NCBI GenBank assembly: GCA_003971905.1
Contig: RSEE01000020.1
Span: forward strand, 682,001 to 746,000
DNA: 64,000 nucleotides
DNA from: Moniliella sp. 'wahieum'
Taxonomy: Eukaryota
Reading direction: 5' to 3'
Positions 27,410 through 40,265 of the stretch are shown piece by piece. The position numbers and the translations under genes are program-made. Within the stretch, counting starts at the first letter, position 1. Each line of letters opens with the position of its first letter. The notes under the pieces are model-generated. The model saw nothing but the letters and a program-made list of their open reading frames with translations. It had not been told where the DNA came from and made no database searches.

Positions 27410-30400
27410 ACCTGTCTCCCTCCACTCCTCCCTCTCCTTCACCCTGTCGTTCTCCATTCTCCTCCTCCATCAGCAGGTTTAGTAGTAAGAAGCCCACGCG
27501 TGGGGAAGGCGGCTTGCTGCTTGCCGCCCCCCACCCGCCTGCTTGCCGCCCCTCGCCCGGCGCATTCAAACACAGCAGCGATCATTCAACCCACCTCCTC
27601 CTAGGAGCTCTGCGCTCCTGTGCGGCAAGACGTATAGTTCCCTGGTCTCAAGACTCGCTGGTCGATACAAGACCGCCGCGAAGGCACCGGTTCGGTCCCG
27701 GCGCAGACTGTAACGTCCTCCATGAGGCACACGCCCTTCCACCCCGGCGAACGTCTCTCTCACCTCTCGAGCTTGCTGCCGCCGGCCGTCAGTGCCGGCT
27801 TGCCCTCAGTCCTGCGGTCCATCGGCTACCCTCCCTCCGCCAGGGAGAAGGGGTCGACCGTTACCACCCCCCTGTTACCGACTTGCATGTGACATTGTCG
27901 CCGCCCCAATCGCCGTTGGTAAATACGGCAGTAGGCGCTGCCATTCGGTTGAACCTGAGACGCAGAGACCAATTCAACCTAGTACCATGTGAGGTAACGG
28001 AGGACATGTGTGTGGCGCGGCGGTGTGCAAAAGAAGGATCCTTGTTCCAACGACTGAGGAGGGGAACGACAAATGACAGGTCGGGAAAGTCTACGCGGCC
28101 CAGCTGAGGCTCTGCACAATCTACATATAGCGATTATGCTCGGAGACAATGGCAGGGGGTTCGTCTGGGGGACGTGGCGGGAGAGGTGTATAAGGATTGA
28201 AAGGCAACTACCGAACCGGGTTGCACTCTACAGCATATCGGTGCGGGCGAGTAAAGCCACGATAGAAACGCACGCTGGTCACAGTCAAAACCATCACAGG
28301 GCGAGTAGCATAGCGCACACCCAACATCTCACCGAGGGGGACCCTTGTCGCCAACCTTATTGATGTCGAGACCGAGCTCGTCCATGAATGCGTCAAAAGC
28401 AGCTTGGGACGGGGCCATGGCCATTCCGTCATCACAGTCGATTGCGAGCATGATGGACGTATTCGCTCGTGTGGTTATCCAAACGTCCTGCTCGGTTACC
28501 GTCGAACGGAAACCAAGATCTCGTAGCTTGCTGGCGAGGTGTCGGTGCCACACAGCGCCCGAGGCTGAACACCATAGAGGGAGTTCTTGAAGCGCCAAAC
28601 ATTTGCTTTGTCGGCGGGAAAATGATCGGGGGGCTTGACGTATACCTCATAGGGAATGGGGGCATGGAGGTGTGCACTCTTGCAGTCAAATTAGTGTATG
28701 CCTGGAGGCCTTGCGCTTTACCTCCGACGGTTACTGTGCGGAAAGACCGATATGCCGCGCCACTCAAGTAGAACGTGAGGGCCTTGGGCAACTCACTTTG
28801 TCCTCCCTGGTTTTCTTGAACCACAATAGGTGCCATCCGTTTGACGAACATATTCTTTGGGGTTACGCCGACACTGTAGACGGTGCGGGCACCCAGGACC
28901 TCTTTCCGGCCGGAGGGCGTGGCACTCCATCGAAAGCATCCATGGTTCTGAGACCGTCAAGCTCAATGTGTTCGGCCTGGTGCCACAGGGGCCACTCAGA
29001 GGTGGCCATGGCTTCACGCTCGGTCCGAGGGGAAAGGGGCACACCTTCAGCAGTGGTGCCAACGGTCAGGGGAGGGATGCGGAAACGGCGTTGCCGGCGG
29101 GGAATGGCTTTCTTTTTCGGGTTTGGCGTAAGGGGTGCGGCGGCAGGATCAGAGGAAGAAACACTAGGGGGAATCAGGTGGGACAAGGGAGGAAGACGGG
29201 CGGTGCGCGCACGGCCCGTTGGGATCCAATCGGAAACAGGCTCGGTTGGTGGCTCATCCGTCAAGGGAGGCAGTGCATGCCCGTCCTTGGGTTGATAGAA
29301 ATCCGGGGGGAGAAGACACGCCCGAGCCGGGTTGCGGCGGGGGGCAGCCTCAGTCCCACCAGCGTGCCAGGACCCTCGCGAAGCCCATCCGGTGACGTTC
29401 CCGGAAACGATTGGGTCGGGCGTAGCGCCAGCCGGGGGGTTAGCTGGATCCCACTTGATATCGGTACACCACGCCCTGTACGAACTGTGGCCGTCGTCTG
29501 TGATAAACTCAAATTCTATCCCTTGGAGCCGAGCGGATCGAGTCCGACGACCATGCCAGGGGGCGCGCGCGGCGCGGCGAGGTGGCCGCGTTCGGGACCT
29601 AACAACGGACACTAAAATCGGCCGCACCCGGTGCTCAAAGTAGGAGCTTCGTGGAAGGGGGCGGTCGTGATAGCGTTCAAATGGTGAGGGGGGCGCCCAA
29701 TGCGGCCAGCACGGTAAGGTTGGCATACAGACCGGCCGCGATAGCGGCGTCAGCCCAGTACTGGGACGGTGCGCGGGCGCCGGCGAGGAGGACGGCGGGT
29801 ACCCTCCTCTGTATAGCGCCGGGGCCGGCCCGGCGTGGCCATTCTGCTGGGAGGTGTAATAGTCTCCGCCTGCTCAGAGAAGAATGTGTGCTCACCTGTT
29901 GAAGAGGACAAGGTCTGCAAAGAGAAGGATAAAGAGAGAGAAGGTGATGGGATCTATTCTTCCAAGAGAGGAACCCGATAGGGCAGAACACAGGGGAGAG
30001 TCGGATATAGAGAACACCACAACGCGATGCATGGTGTGGTCAGCTGCATACATGATGGCGCTGACACGGATATGTCGCTGGCACTCCCGCCGTCGTGAAT
30101 ATGCTATGCGGCTTCTCTCTTCGGCTGAGGCATGCTGCATCCTTCTTCCACATTTGCCCCAATTAAGTGCTTAAGGACCGGAAAAGGAACCGTGGTATCA
30201 TGCCTCACATATGTCACAGCGGCCCTCCTCCCGATCGATGAGGCTCATCGAGCTCATCGACATAGCCGCGTCTTTTTGGCTAGAAGATCGCTCCTTCCCG
30301 CCGATCGTGTAGGTGTAGGAGTACGATACACTGTAGAACCTTGCGGCCTCGGGCCTTAGGCATATGGCAAGAAGAGGAGCGAGATGCAAACCGGCGAAAC

Positions 30401-30430
30401 CGCCGCTGGGGGCAACCGTCAAAACCGGGT
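27410..30430 (-). mobile_element. Degenerate Ty1/copia LTR-retrotransposon internal region (integrase then RT); limits approximate
   Basis: On the minus strand, in order: CDIC (integrase Zn finger), QQNG.AER-like core with YWADAAIAAGLYAN, SPFERY, EAM..EW..W.QA..IEL, then SGAVWHRHL..KLRDLGF and AIDCDD (decayed YVDD), then YATRP. IN-before-RT order defines copia. Confidence 0.8.
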
Positions 30431-32277
30431 CACTCATGGGACGCGTCACACGTCACGCGTCATCATGCCTGATCGATCTAAGATCTAAGATCTAAATCTG
30501 ACGTCTGAAACGGTTCAACGTTTAACTTGGACGTTCAAGCGATTCAATCCCCTCCCTCCAAAGGCGCGCCGTCATATCGTGTGAGCAACCCGCCCCTGGG
30601 CTGCGCTGATAAGCTAGAGATAGCTGGGCGATTGATGAATATGAACGGAATCAATCACCATATCCTTTGGGGATCCAGATCTGGGCCCAGCGAGTGCTCA
30701 GCGGCTTAGCGGCTCCGCGCTCCAAACTACCCTCAACAGATGGAAGCTCAAAAGCTCAAACGGCTGAACGTCTATTAGCCTGGCCTAGCCCCTTAACTTG
30801 GCTATCTCAAGAAGAGGATGTGCGCACACCGTGCAAGATTGGGGCTGGCCTCCCGTAGCCTAGCCGGCCCTCGCTCCGTCTACGTTTCCCAAGTCTGTGG
30901 TGCGGGCTGCCAAGCTGGCCGGGGTGCCCACAAACGGATGCTAATCTTAATTCGGGAAGAAAATGTCAGGCTCAGGAACTGGCGTGCACAACAGATCGAG
31001 AGGACAGTGCCCAGGACGAAGGTGCAACTGTTGTGCCGTCCTGATGGAGTTAAGCTTGTTATGAACTTACCGCATTCCATAACACCACCCCAGCCAGCGA
31101 GCTTAGTCATTAGGTCGCATATGGGTTACACCCAACACACTTATTTAGACTGACATGTGACATTGATCTCTCTCAAGCTTCAAGCCGTTCAAGCTTCACG
31201 CTTCAAGCCGTTCAAGCTTCACGCTTCAAGCTTCAAGCTCCAAGGGCTGAGGCTCAGCGCTCACATCTGGTCGAGGCGATTCGCTGCTGTGTGTTCCATT
31301 AGGTCGGTCCTTGTGTTTCATTCAGCTATACCGGAGTAACAAAGAGCTCGTGAAGTTGAATGGTGACCGGTGAGCGCTCAGGCTGGGCGCGGAGCGAGCA
31401 TCAATGATTTATTGATTCAATCCCGCAGAAGAGCCGTGTGTTGTCTTCTCGTTTGGAGACGAAACCTAGCACTCTTGACAGCTTCCTCCTAATCAGCTGT
31501 CTAGCAAGCACTAAACTAGTAAAACATCCTCACAGATGGTGGCCTTTCGGCCGCGTCTTTTCTCAGCTCTCACATGCCTGAGATTTCAGTGTGGGGTACT
31601 GCATACTGTGTGAGAATGATGGCGAGGTGGTACGAGAGACTGTATAGGGCGAGCTGTCGCACAGGCTGTCAGTCTGCAACATTGATGTGGGGCCTGGTGT
31701 GGTCAAGAGCATGGCCAGTTGGGGGGCGATCGATGGATCGATGGCCGTGGTGGTCGTGTACGCCAATGTTGGGCGCGGGTTACCGGTACGATCGCAGCGG
31801 CGGTGGCCATAGGGGGGAATAAGTGTGCGAGCGGAAGGAAGGGGGTGGGCGAGACAGCCAGCTCAGCTTCCCGAGCGCAGTTGGGCGGCGTCGGGAGCCG
31901 GGCCAGACGCCGTTTGGGGGCCAGCCGGCGGTGAGGGATGTGGGCATGGGTGACCAAGCTGATCAAGCGATGGCGCAGGCGGCGATACCTCCTTGGCGCG
32001 AAAGATAACAACGACACTGGCCCTGTGCCTGTGCTGATCTGTGCCGTCCCAAAGGCAGGGGCGACAGAGGCACAGGGCCAGTGGGCGCTGCGCCCGCGGC
32101 AGGGCCCAGGCCGGCTCTGGCCGTGTCTGGTGCGGCGTGCAACCAACCCATTTGGGCCATCGCAGGGCACCGTACACCACCTGCACCCTCGAACATCAAC
32201 CAGGCGAGCGAGTATATTTAACCTCCCGTTCTTCCTGGTGTCCGAGCCTGCATCTTCCAACTCCTCCACACCACACC

Positions 32278-33940
32278 ATGGCTTCCTCCATCTCGCCCAA
32301 GAAAGAGGGTGCGCCCCACGTTGAGGTCACGACCGTCGCCCCCGATGCTGTCTCCCTAGAAGTCGTCCACGTCACCCGGCGCGCCGGACTGCTGGGCTTG
32401 TACGACTCGGCCATGTTCCAAGTCTGCATCTTGGGCTTTGTCTGTTTCCTTGGCCCAGGCATGTTTAACGCCCTTAGTGGTATGGGAGGTGGTGGCCTGT
32501 CGGATCCCAGCGCCGCGGTCAAAGCCAACATTGCGCTCTACTCAGTCTTTGCTGGTGTCTCCTTCTTCTCTGGAAGCATCCACAACATTATTGGTTCCAA
32601 GACCATGATGTTCATTGGTACGGGATCTCTTGCACATTTTACTCTGTATGTTTGGTGTTACTAACAACTCTCGTTCAAAACAGGATCCCTCGGCTACTGC
32701 CTCTACACTGGTTCGTTCCTCAGCTACAACATTAATGGCAACACAACTTTGTCATTGCTGCTGGTGCCATTCTAGGCTTGTGTGCCTCCTTCCTCTGGAC
32801 CGGGCAAGGCGCCCTGATGTTGTCTTATCCTACCGAAGAGAACAAGGGCAAAGGTGTGTTCTCTCTCAGCTTTCGTCTTGGCCCAATTTCTGACCGTTCC
32901 CTTTAGCCATTGCCATCTTCTGGATCATCTTCAACCTCGGAGGCGTTTTGGGCTCCGCAATCGAAATGGGCCTCGGATGGGACACGTCCGACAACCAGGT
33001 CAGCAACAGTACCTACATCGCCTTTACCGTGATTACGTTTGTTGGTTCGTGCGCAACATTGCTCTTGCGTAACCCACGCAAGACTGTTCGTTCCGATGGA
33101 ACATTGGTGATTCCTCCGGAGGAGCTTCCTCTCAAGGAAGAATTGGTTGGTATGGTACGGGTGCTATACAAGGATCCTTGGATCCTGCTCTGTGTTCCAC
33201 TGGCCCTCAGTTCCAATTACTGCTACGCGTGGCAGCAAACGGTGTACAATGGGTACTTTTTCTCGTTGCGCTCGCGTGGACTTAACTCCCTCCTCTACTG
33301 GCTGGCTCAAATGTTTGGCGCGATGGTCATGGGCTTTGTTCTGGACACACCGCTGTTGAAGCGGCGGCAACGTGCCTGGGCTGGTTGGATCTTGATTCTG
33401 TTGTGTGCTGGACGGTATGGGGTGGATCGTACCAAGTGCTCATGGAGTTTAAGAAGTATTTCGCGGGTCAGGGACTGACGATGCGTCAGTATGCTGATCA
33501 AACCAACCGCATCGGACTGGACATTCACTGTGGCTACCATACTGTCCCATGCACGAACGATCCCTGGACTGAATCCAACCCCTACGGAGGCCGTGCTGTA
33601 CTGTACCTGACGATGGGACTGATCGATGCATGCACTCAAGTGTTTTGCTACTCCATCTTTGGCATGCTCAGCAACGACATCTCCAAGCTGGCCTACATTG
33701 CAGGACTGTACAAGGCCATCCAGTGCCGGCAACGTCGCTGGATGGGGCATGGAAAACAATAAGAAATCCTTTGAGGAGCAATTGGGTGTTGCCTGGGCCC
33801 TCAATGTCGGCTCCCTCTTGATTGTCGTCCCGCTCCTCCTCTGGCGGATTACAGACCACACTACCTTGGACCGCGAGCTCCACCACGAAATTGCGATCGC
33901 TGATGACGCACCGGTCCCCGTCCGACCTCGGGGGCTTTGA
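32278..33940 (+). CDS. UNC-93-like MFS transporter (introns 32618-32683, 32854-32906)
   Basis: QVCILGFVCFLGPGMFNALSGMGGGG, LWTGQGALMLSYPTEENKG, FWIIFNLGG, SNYCYAWQ..YN..FSLRSRGLNS.LYW, AGLYKAIQ. Both introns are GT-AG. Confidence 0.9.
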
Positions 33941-34245
33941 CCACGACTTGCTCCGGAGAAGGCGTAAATTCCTTACCTTCTTGCCCATATCCTTTTCGCA
34001 TCTTTTCTGTTATTCTTGCCAGCTCAATCGGACGTGTACCATGTATATAAACGAAGCAAAACTCTGAATCTGTTCCTTTGCAAAAGTTTCTTCTGACCTT
34101 CGCTGCAGTCTGCGCTTTAGCATTCATAGGAGTCAATCCGGCCAATGGCCTTTGCCAGTACTAATGAGAGGGTCAGGTTCCTCCAGTACTACTAGCTGCG
34201 TTATTCTCCGCGAGCGAGCGAAATTCTAAAATGGCTTGGCCCTCA

Positions 34246-35315
34246 TGTTACGGGGCCGCGTTGGATCTTCTGAGATGGTCTGAATCAAGTAAGGCCTGCC
34301 TCTCTGCACATGCCCAATGGAGCGCGTCCGGAGTCCACAGTCAAGTTTGATGTTGGTTGGTTTAAACCGTGCCTTACGGTGTGGTCCGAGTGGTCACATG
34401 CATCCGCGCCACAATAGTCGCCCCCCGCTCATGTCAAAATCGGTAGCCTAAAAATGAGGCCACCAAGTTTTCGTTATCTTTGCGACGACTGTTGCTGTCC
34501 ACTGTTACTTTACCCTTTCTCCGTTGGGTCAAAGTTTGGCTGGTCTCGCTCCGATTTTTCCATTCTCTTCGTCCTGAGCGTCTTGCTCTTTGCATCTTTC
34601 TTCACTTCGCACCATGTCCTCTGAGTTTGCTTCTTCCCACGAACGATTGCTACATCCCTTGACCTAGTCTCAACTCTGGCCTCCCTCGCCGTAGCCCCCC
34701 GACTGTGACACGTTGCGCCTGCGGCAACCAACGCCTCTTTTGACATGTCTTCCTTTCTACACCCTTATTGTATCCGTTTTCCCTTTTTGATCTAGCCTGT
34801 AAGTACCCTGGTTGATGGGAATCCTTCCCCAGCCTTCCATTCTGTCCCTTCCCGACTTTCCTGTCCAACGACTGCCCGTTCCAGCCAATCGACTCAACAC
34901 AGGCAACCTCGTCTGCACTTAGTTGCCTCCTCATCTTCTAACCTTGTCTCCCAGCTTTGCCATTCGCCAGTCGCACGAGCCTTGCTTTTGCCAGCCTGCT
35001 TCGGTGGGTTCCTTTTTTCTAGCACGTCGGCTGTCCCTGTTCAGTCCCAGCTCCGGCAATGCTTGTCCTCCATTGCCTCTACCCTTCCCTTATAACCCGG
35101 AGCGTCAGACACGTTACTATATGACCCAAGCCGGTGCATACGCAGCCTTGCCACACGTGCAGCCCTCGGCTTCACGCGCAAAGGCCTCTTGCCCCTCGCT
35201 CCACTGGATCAAAACCAACTAGCCCAGGCCCGAAACTACCGTGAGTCGTCTTTCCGTCTCCTCAGGATTTACCCGTCAATCTGGGTGAGCCTCCTAGCGG
35301 GGACCGCCCGTGGCA
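34246..35315 (+). mobile_element. Older solo-LTR-like element (1070 bp), homologous to 48866-49692
   Basis: Begins TGTTACGGG and ends CCCGTGGCA. Shares long blocks with the reverse complement of 48866-49692 (ACAATAGTCGCCCCCC, GACATGTCTTCCTTTCTACACCC, CGCAGCCTTGCCACACGTGCAGCC). No matching TSD seen. Confidence 0.7.
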
Positions 35316-35835
35316 GGCCTTGCTATAATAACCTCATGAGCCTGTGCCTCTCTCGGGAGGAAGGATGCGGCAGCGCCGCTTACTCTTGCATTGCACCCCA
35401 AGCACGTGCTGCGGCCAAAGAGATCAACTACTTTCTACTTGGCTCTCCTCCATTCCATCCGCCCCGTGCCTCCGGCTCACCGACAAGCAGGGGAGGTTGG
35501 TCTCCAGCTCCGCAAGCTGTGTCGTTCCACGCGCAGCATGTGCAAGTGCGGTGTCATTTCCTCGTGAAGCGCAACGGCTTGCACCCGCATTCAGGAAGTT
35601 TGGCGCGTGCATAAGGCAGTGCGGGAGCCCATTCTCCAGCTCGCGCGCTCCATGCCCGACATCCACGTCCACAACGAACCTACTGTGGAGGAAGAGGATG
35701 GGACGAGGCTGCGCGGAGGAAGGCACTGCGCACTGATTACCGCATGAAAAGGGGCCTGGGAGCAATCGGAGGATCCGGGAAGAGGCAGACACACGCTGCG
35801 GGACACGGAACGCAGAGGCCCAGAGTGAGTACCGG

Positions 35836-36271
35836 AAGGTGGCGCACGAGAGCACTGCGACGCCTTTGGAACACGGTGAGAAGGAACTGCTTCGGATGCT
35901 TGAACAAGCAGAATGCGACAAGAACGCCAAAGTACCAGGGACGCACTCAAGAACCGTTTTTCCCCCTGGTTTTGACGACGCGAGGATACACGGCACCAAG
36001 ACGGCGGGCAAGTTGTTTGCGCATTGGAAGGAGTTGGCTACTAAGTCTCAGTGGAAATGGTTCCTCGCTCGTATGTCAACCACGTTCCTCCGTGTCCACA
36101 CGCGCTTCCTAGGGTACGGGACCGGATGGCGAGAGCCGGAGGGTCCTGATATCCTGGCAATCCCCCTGGTTCCTTGACCTTAGTGGCGCTTCCAAACAAC
36201 CCCCGCAAGATGAACGGTTCGGTTTAGACGTAGCGCTCCCCTGTCCCAGCCTTAAGCTCTGTCAATGGAAT
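35836..36271 (+). repeat. Dispersed ~435-bp repeat, copy 1 (coding-like 3' fragment)
   Basis: Highly similar to 53396-53831. Encodes EKELLRMLEQAECDKNAK..FPPGFDD..LFAHWKEL..PLVP*. Confidence 0.9.
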
Positions 36272-36809
36272 GCACACACATAGAGATGCAGAGAAAACCC
36301 ACAGAGTAGGTTAAAGCAGAGAATAAGAGGGGTTATTACTCAGTAGCGTGCCAGTACCAACACTCCGATCGTCGCCTGCGTTCTCTCTTCTCTGGAATAT
36401 AACTGGTTCGAGAAGAATCAATATGTGTGCGGCCGGAAGAAGGCTTGCAGAACCGCACAATAATCACAGAGAAGTAATCGGCGGGAAACATTCATCAACG
36501 CTCCAATGTATGTAGACTCAAGAAGCCTTCTCCTCTTCGACACCACTATCGAGAGGCGAGAGGCATCCGCTATAGACAGTGAACGCTTGTCACATGTCAC
36601 ATGTCCACTGAAAGATCAAATATGGTCTGGTGGTTGTGGTGGGACAGTATGAATTGGGATTTGTCAACGGAGAAGTGCGTCGACGGCGGACAGTACCACA
36701 GGATCCCTAGTCGCTAGTCGCTGGTGATGCGTGACGTATACGTTAGAACGGAACCCGATCGGATGGGTGATACATGATGATTAATCGGTGATGGATGATG
36801 CAATGTTTC

Positions 36810-36981
36810 GAAACGGCTCGAAGCTTCCACGCGGCTCCACACATACGGTACCCCTTACGTCATGCGCCGTTCGACGGTGCTGGAGGCATCGCGAACACAC
36901 ACCGAAGATACGAGTGACGAGTGACGCCAACTCGACCATGGATGCGGCCGGGACGGCCGTGGTTGCGGCGGGTGTATATAA
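36810..36981 (+). promoter_or_regulatory. HSP70 promoter: gapped heat-shock element and TATA box
   Basis: GAA at 36810 and 36820 and TTC at 36825 are in pentamer register. TATATAA lies at 36975-36981. Confidence 0.55.
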
Positions 36982-37052
36982 GCCCCATCCTGATGGAGCG
37001 TCCTCCATTTTTCATCCACCCCCACCTCTCTACTCCCCTCCCCTCCCTCACA

Positions 37053-38981
37053 ATGACCAAGGCTATTGGAATCGACCTCGGCACCACCTACTCGTGCGTT
37101 GCTGTCTGGCAAAACGACCGGGTTGAAGTGATTGCCAACGACCAGGGCAACCGCACCACCCCCTCCTATGTCGCCTTTACCGACTCGGAACGGCTGATTG
37201 GCGATGCAGCCAAGAACCAAGTGGCGATGAACCCTCACAACACGGTGTTCGATGCCAAGCGTTTGATTGGACGCAAGTTTTCCGACGCAGAAGTGCAATC
37301 GGACATGAAGCACTGGCCCTTCAAAGTGGTCGACGTTGGCGGCAAGCCTGTCATCCAGGTCGAGTACAAGGGCGAAACGAAGAAGTTCACACCTGAGGAG
37401 ATCTCATCGATGGTGCTGCTCAAGATGCGTGAGACGGCCGAAGCGTACCTCGGCGGTGCAGTCAAGGACGGTGTGGTCACTGTGCCTGCCTACTTTAACG
37501 ATTCGCAACGTCAGGCTACCAAGGACGCCGGTGTCATTGCAGGACTCAACGTGATGCGTATTATCAACGAGCCTACTGCGGCTGCCATCGCCTACGGTCT
37601 GGACAAGAAGACCGAGGGCGAGCGCAATGTACTCATCTTTGACTTGGGTGGCGGTACCTTCGATGTGTCGCTCCTGACCATCGAGGAGGGCATCTTCGAG
37701 GTCAAGGCCACCGCTGGTGACACTCACTTGGGTGGTGAGGACTTCGACAACCGTCTTGTCAACCACTTTGTTCAGGAGTTCAAGCGCAAGAACAAGAAGG
37801 ACCTCACCTCCAACGCTCGTGCCCTTCGTCGTCTCCGCACTGCCTGCGAGCGTGCGAAGCGCACCCTCTCTTCAGCCGCCCAGACCACGGTTGAGATTGA
37901 TTCGCTGTACGAGGGCATTGATTTCTACACCTCGATCACCCGTGCCCGTTTCGAAGAGCTTTGCGGTGACCTGTTCAGCAGCCACCCATCGACCCTGTCG
38001 AGAAGGTCCTCCGTGACGCCAAGTGCGACAAGGGCCAGGTCAACGACATTGTTCTTGTCGGTGGCTCTACTCGTATCCCCCGTGTTCAGAAGCTTCTCTC
38101 TGACTTCTTCAACGGCCGTGAGCTCAACAAGTCGATCAACCCCGACGAGGCGGTTGCCTATGGTGCTGCTGTTCAGGCTGCTATCCTGTCAGGCGACACG
38201 TCGGAGAAGACCCAGGACCTGCTGCTGCTCGATGTTGCCCTCTGTCTATGGGCATCGAGACGGCAGGAGGGTGTTTACGCCGCTCATCAAGCGCAACACG
38301 ACTGTGCCTACCAAAAAGTCGGAGACCTTCTCGACGTACGCAGACAACCAGCCGGGTGTGCTGATCCAAGTGTATGAGGGCGAGCGCGCCCGCACCAAGG
38401 ACAACAACCTGCTGGGCAAATTTGAGTTGTCGGGTATCCCACCTGCTCCCCGTGGTGTGCCTCAAATCGAGGTAACATTTGACGTGGACGCCAACTCGAT
38501 TCTGAACGTCTCGGCCGCCGACAAGTCGTCGGGCAAGTCGCAAAAGATCACCATCACCAACGACAAAGGTCGCTTGTCGAAGGAGGACATTGAGCGCATG
38601 GTCTCGGACGCCGAAAAGTACAAGGCCGAAGATGAAGAAGCGGCATCCCGGATCAGCTCTAAGAACGGTCTCGAGTCGTACGCGTACAACCTGCGCAACT
38701 CACTCAACGAGCAGGCGTGTCCGACAAGATCGATGCGGCCGACAAGGAAAAGCTGGACAAGGCGATTACCGAGACGATTGAGTGGCTGGACAATTCTCAG
38801 GAGGCGTCCAAGGACGAGTATGACGACAAGCAAAAGGAGCTCGAGGCAGTTGCCAACCCCATCATGCAGAAGCTCTATGCTGCTGGCGGCGCCCGGCGGC
38901 GCTGCTCCGGGCGGTTTCCCTGGAGGTGCTGCTCCTGGTGCCGGTGGGGATGATGGCCCCTCGGTGGAGGAGGTCGACTAA
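37053..38981 (+). CDS. HSP70: Cytosolic Hsp70 (SSA type), intronless; indels
   Basis: [38 protein letters not shown]-terminal GPSVEEVD*. Confidence 0.98.
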   Translation: MTKAIGIDLGTTYSCVAVWQNDRVEVIANDQGNRTTPSYVAFTDSERLIGDAAKNQVAMNPHNTVFDAKRLIGRKFSDAEVQSDMKHWPFKVVDVGGKPVIQVEYKGETKKFTPEEISSMVLLKMRETAEAYLGGAVKDGVVTVPAYFNDSQRQATKDAGVIAGLNVMRIINEPTAAAIAYGLDKKTEGERNVLIFDLGGGTFDVSLLTIEEGIFEVKATAGDTHLGGEDFDNRLVNHFVQEFKRKNKKDLTSNARALRRLRTACERAKRTLSSAAQTTVEIDSLYEGIDFYTSITRARFEELCGDLFSSHPSTLSRRSSVTPSATRARSTTLFLSVALLVSPVFRSFSLTSSTAVSSTSRSTPTRRLPMVLLFRLLSCQATRRRRPRTCCCSMLPSVYGHRDGRRVFTPLIKRNTTVPTKKSETFSTYADNQPGVLIQVYEGERARTKDNNLLGKFELSGIPPAPRGVPQIEVTFDVDANSILNVSAADKSSGKSQKITITNDKGRLSKEDIERMVSDAEKYKAEDEEAASRISSKNGLESYAYNLRNSLNEQACPTRSMRPTRKSWTRRLPRRLSGWTILRRRPRTSMTTSKRSSRQLPTPSCRSSMLLAAPGGAAPGGFPGGAAPGAGGDDGPSVEEVD

Positions 38982-39960
38982 ACACCCACCATCCTCCTTC
39001 CTTTGCCCGCAGCATATCATGTCTTGTACATTAATCGCAATTCTCTTTCTTGCATTCTCTCACCTCATACTGCACCTACATAGACGATCCTTTCCTGTTT
39101 CGTACAGAGAAGACAAACATGTCCATATTGCATTGCCATAGTAGGAGAGATCCAGTTGCCTTCCGCTCCGCCGCTCTCAACGTTGGCTTGTAAGGCGACA
39201 AACCCCGTTGCTGTGTGAACGCCTATTCCCGCCATTGGTACTATCTGTCACCGCTTGTCCCTGCTGGCGACGTTGACTCATCTGACGTGAACGTTGTGGA
39301 TGGCTGTCGGACCTACGAGGCACCAGTAAGGCCGCTCGGAAAGCTAATACGTTCCTCTCCCTTGCCGTCTATTGGCTGAATAGTCAGAGCTGGGCATCCA
39401 TGAACAAGTCCGCAGAGCGACACAGGCGGGGACAGGGTCGCCTGTGTCTCCGGCCTCCGCCGTATACGAGCGGTCTGGCAGATGCCTTGTTCGTAGACAG
39501 TGTGGCACGCGAACAGGTGCCAATGATCAGGGCGGTAGGATTGAATGTTGATTGTCGATTAGCACCACAACCAGCGGAGGGCGTCGCCAGGACCGGGGCA
39601 CGGGGGCAGTGTGGGGCTGGCGTCGCCGGAGTTCCCCGGCAGTTTAAGTACTGCCTCGCGGACTCATGACGGCATGCGACGGGAGAGATTAAGTGGGTCG
39701 CACCCTGCACGCCCGACGCGTGGGGGTGGCTGCGCTCACAACACAAGCATATATAAGCCGCATGTGGCATGGCCCCTAGCATGCGCATCCTGCCACCACC
39801 ACCACCACCACCGCTCCTCCACCGAGCCACCCCTCGCTCCATCCTCCACACCACCCTCTCTACTCGGGTACGTTCCTCCTCCCCTTTGTGGGTGCGTCAT
39901 CCCCTCCTCACCTTGCAAGGAACGCTGACACCAACTTGCACCCCAGCCACGATCACTACC

Positions 39961-40265
39961 ATGTCCTTCGTCAGCTTTGTTCGTGCCTTTTGCCCCGTCT
40001 GCCAACAAGCCGTCCAGGCCAAGGCCGACTCGCAGGCATTGACAGTCCAGTGCACGCGGTGTGGCCTCACAATAACGTCTTCGTAACGTGGGTCTCTCCC
40101 CGTGACGTTGACGTTACCAACCTCGCTTTCAGCCCGCCCTCGCTATCATGCCGCCCATATCATCACCATAATCATCATCGCCATCCTTTCTGGCCCGCAA
40201 GTGTCCCATGCCTATCACCCTCCGTCGCACGCCCGGTCTCCACCCTCGTCTGCACCAAGGTCTGA
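39961..40265 (+). CDS. Candidate small protein (~84 aa if intron 40083-40132 is spliced): CxxC..CxxC Zn ribbon plus His-rich tail
   Basis: TATATAA at 39750, a canonical upstream intron 39868-39946 (GTACGT..GCTGAC..CAG), ACCATG start context, and CPVC-x16-CTRC. Confidence 0.45.

Noticed and set aside
34740..35315. Apparent novel protein family shared with 48.9-49.4 kb (AQAGADAALPHVQP..RNYRE)
   Set aside because: The similarity lies wholly within the LTR-like element, ends at its TG..CA boundaries, and frames are not preserved.
40180..40265. Mating pheromone precursor suggested by terminal CTKV
   Set aside because: Lys in the a2 position is atypical, the peptide is longer and more Cys/His-rich than known smut pheromone precursors, and no STE3-type receptor is in the window.
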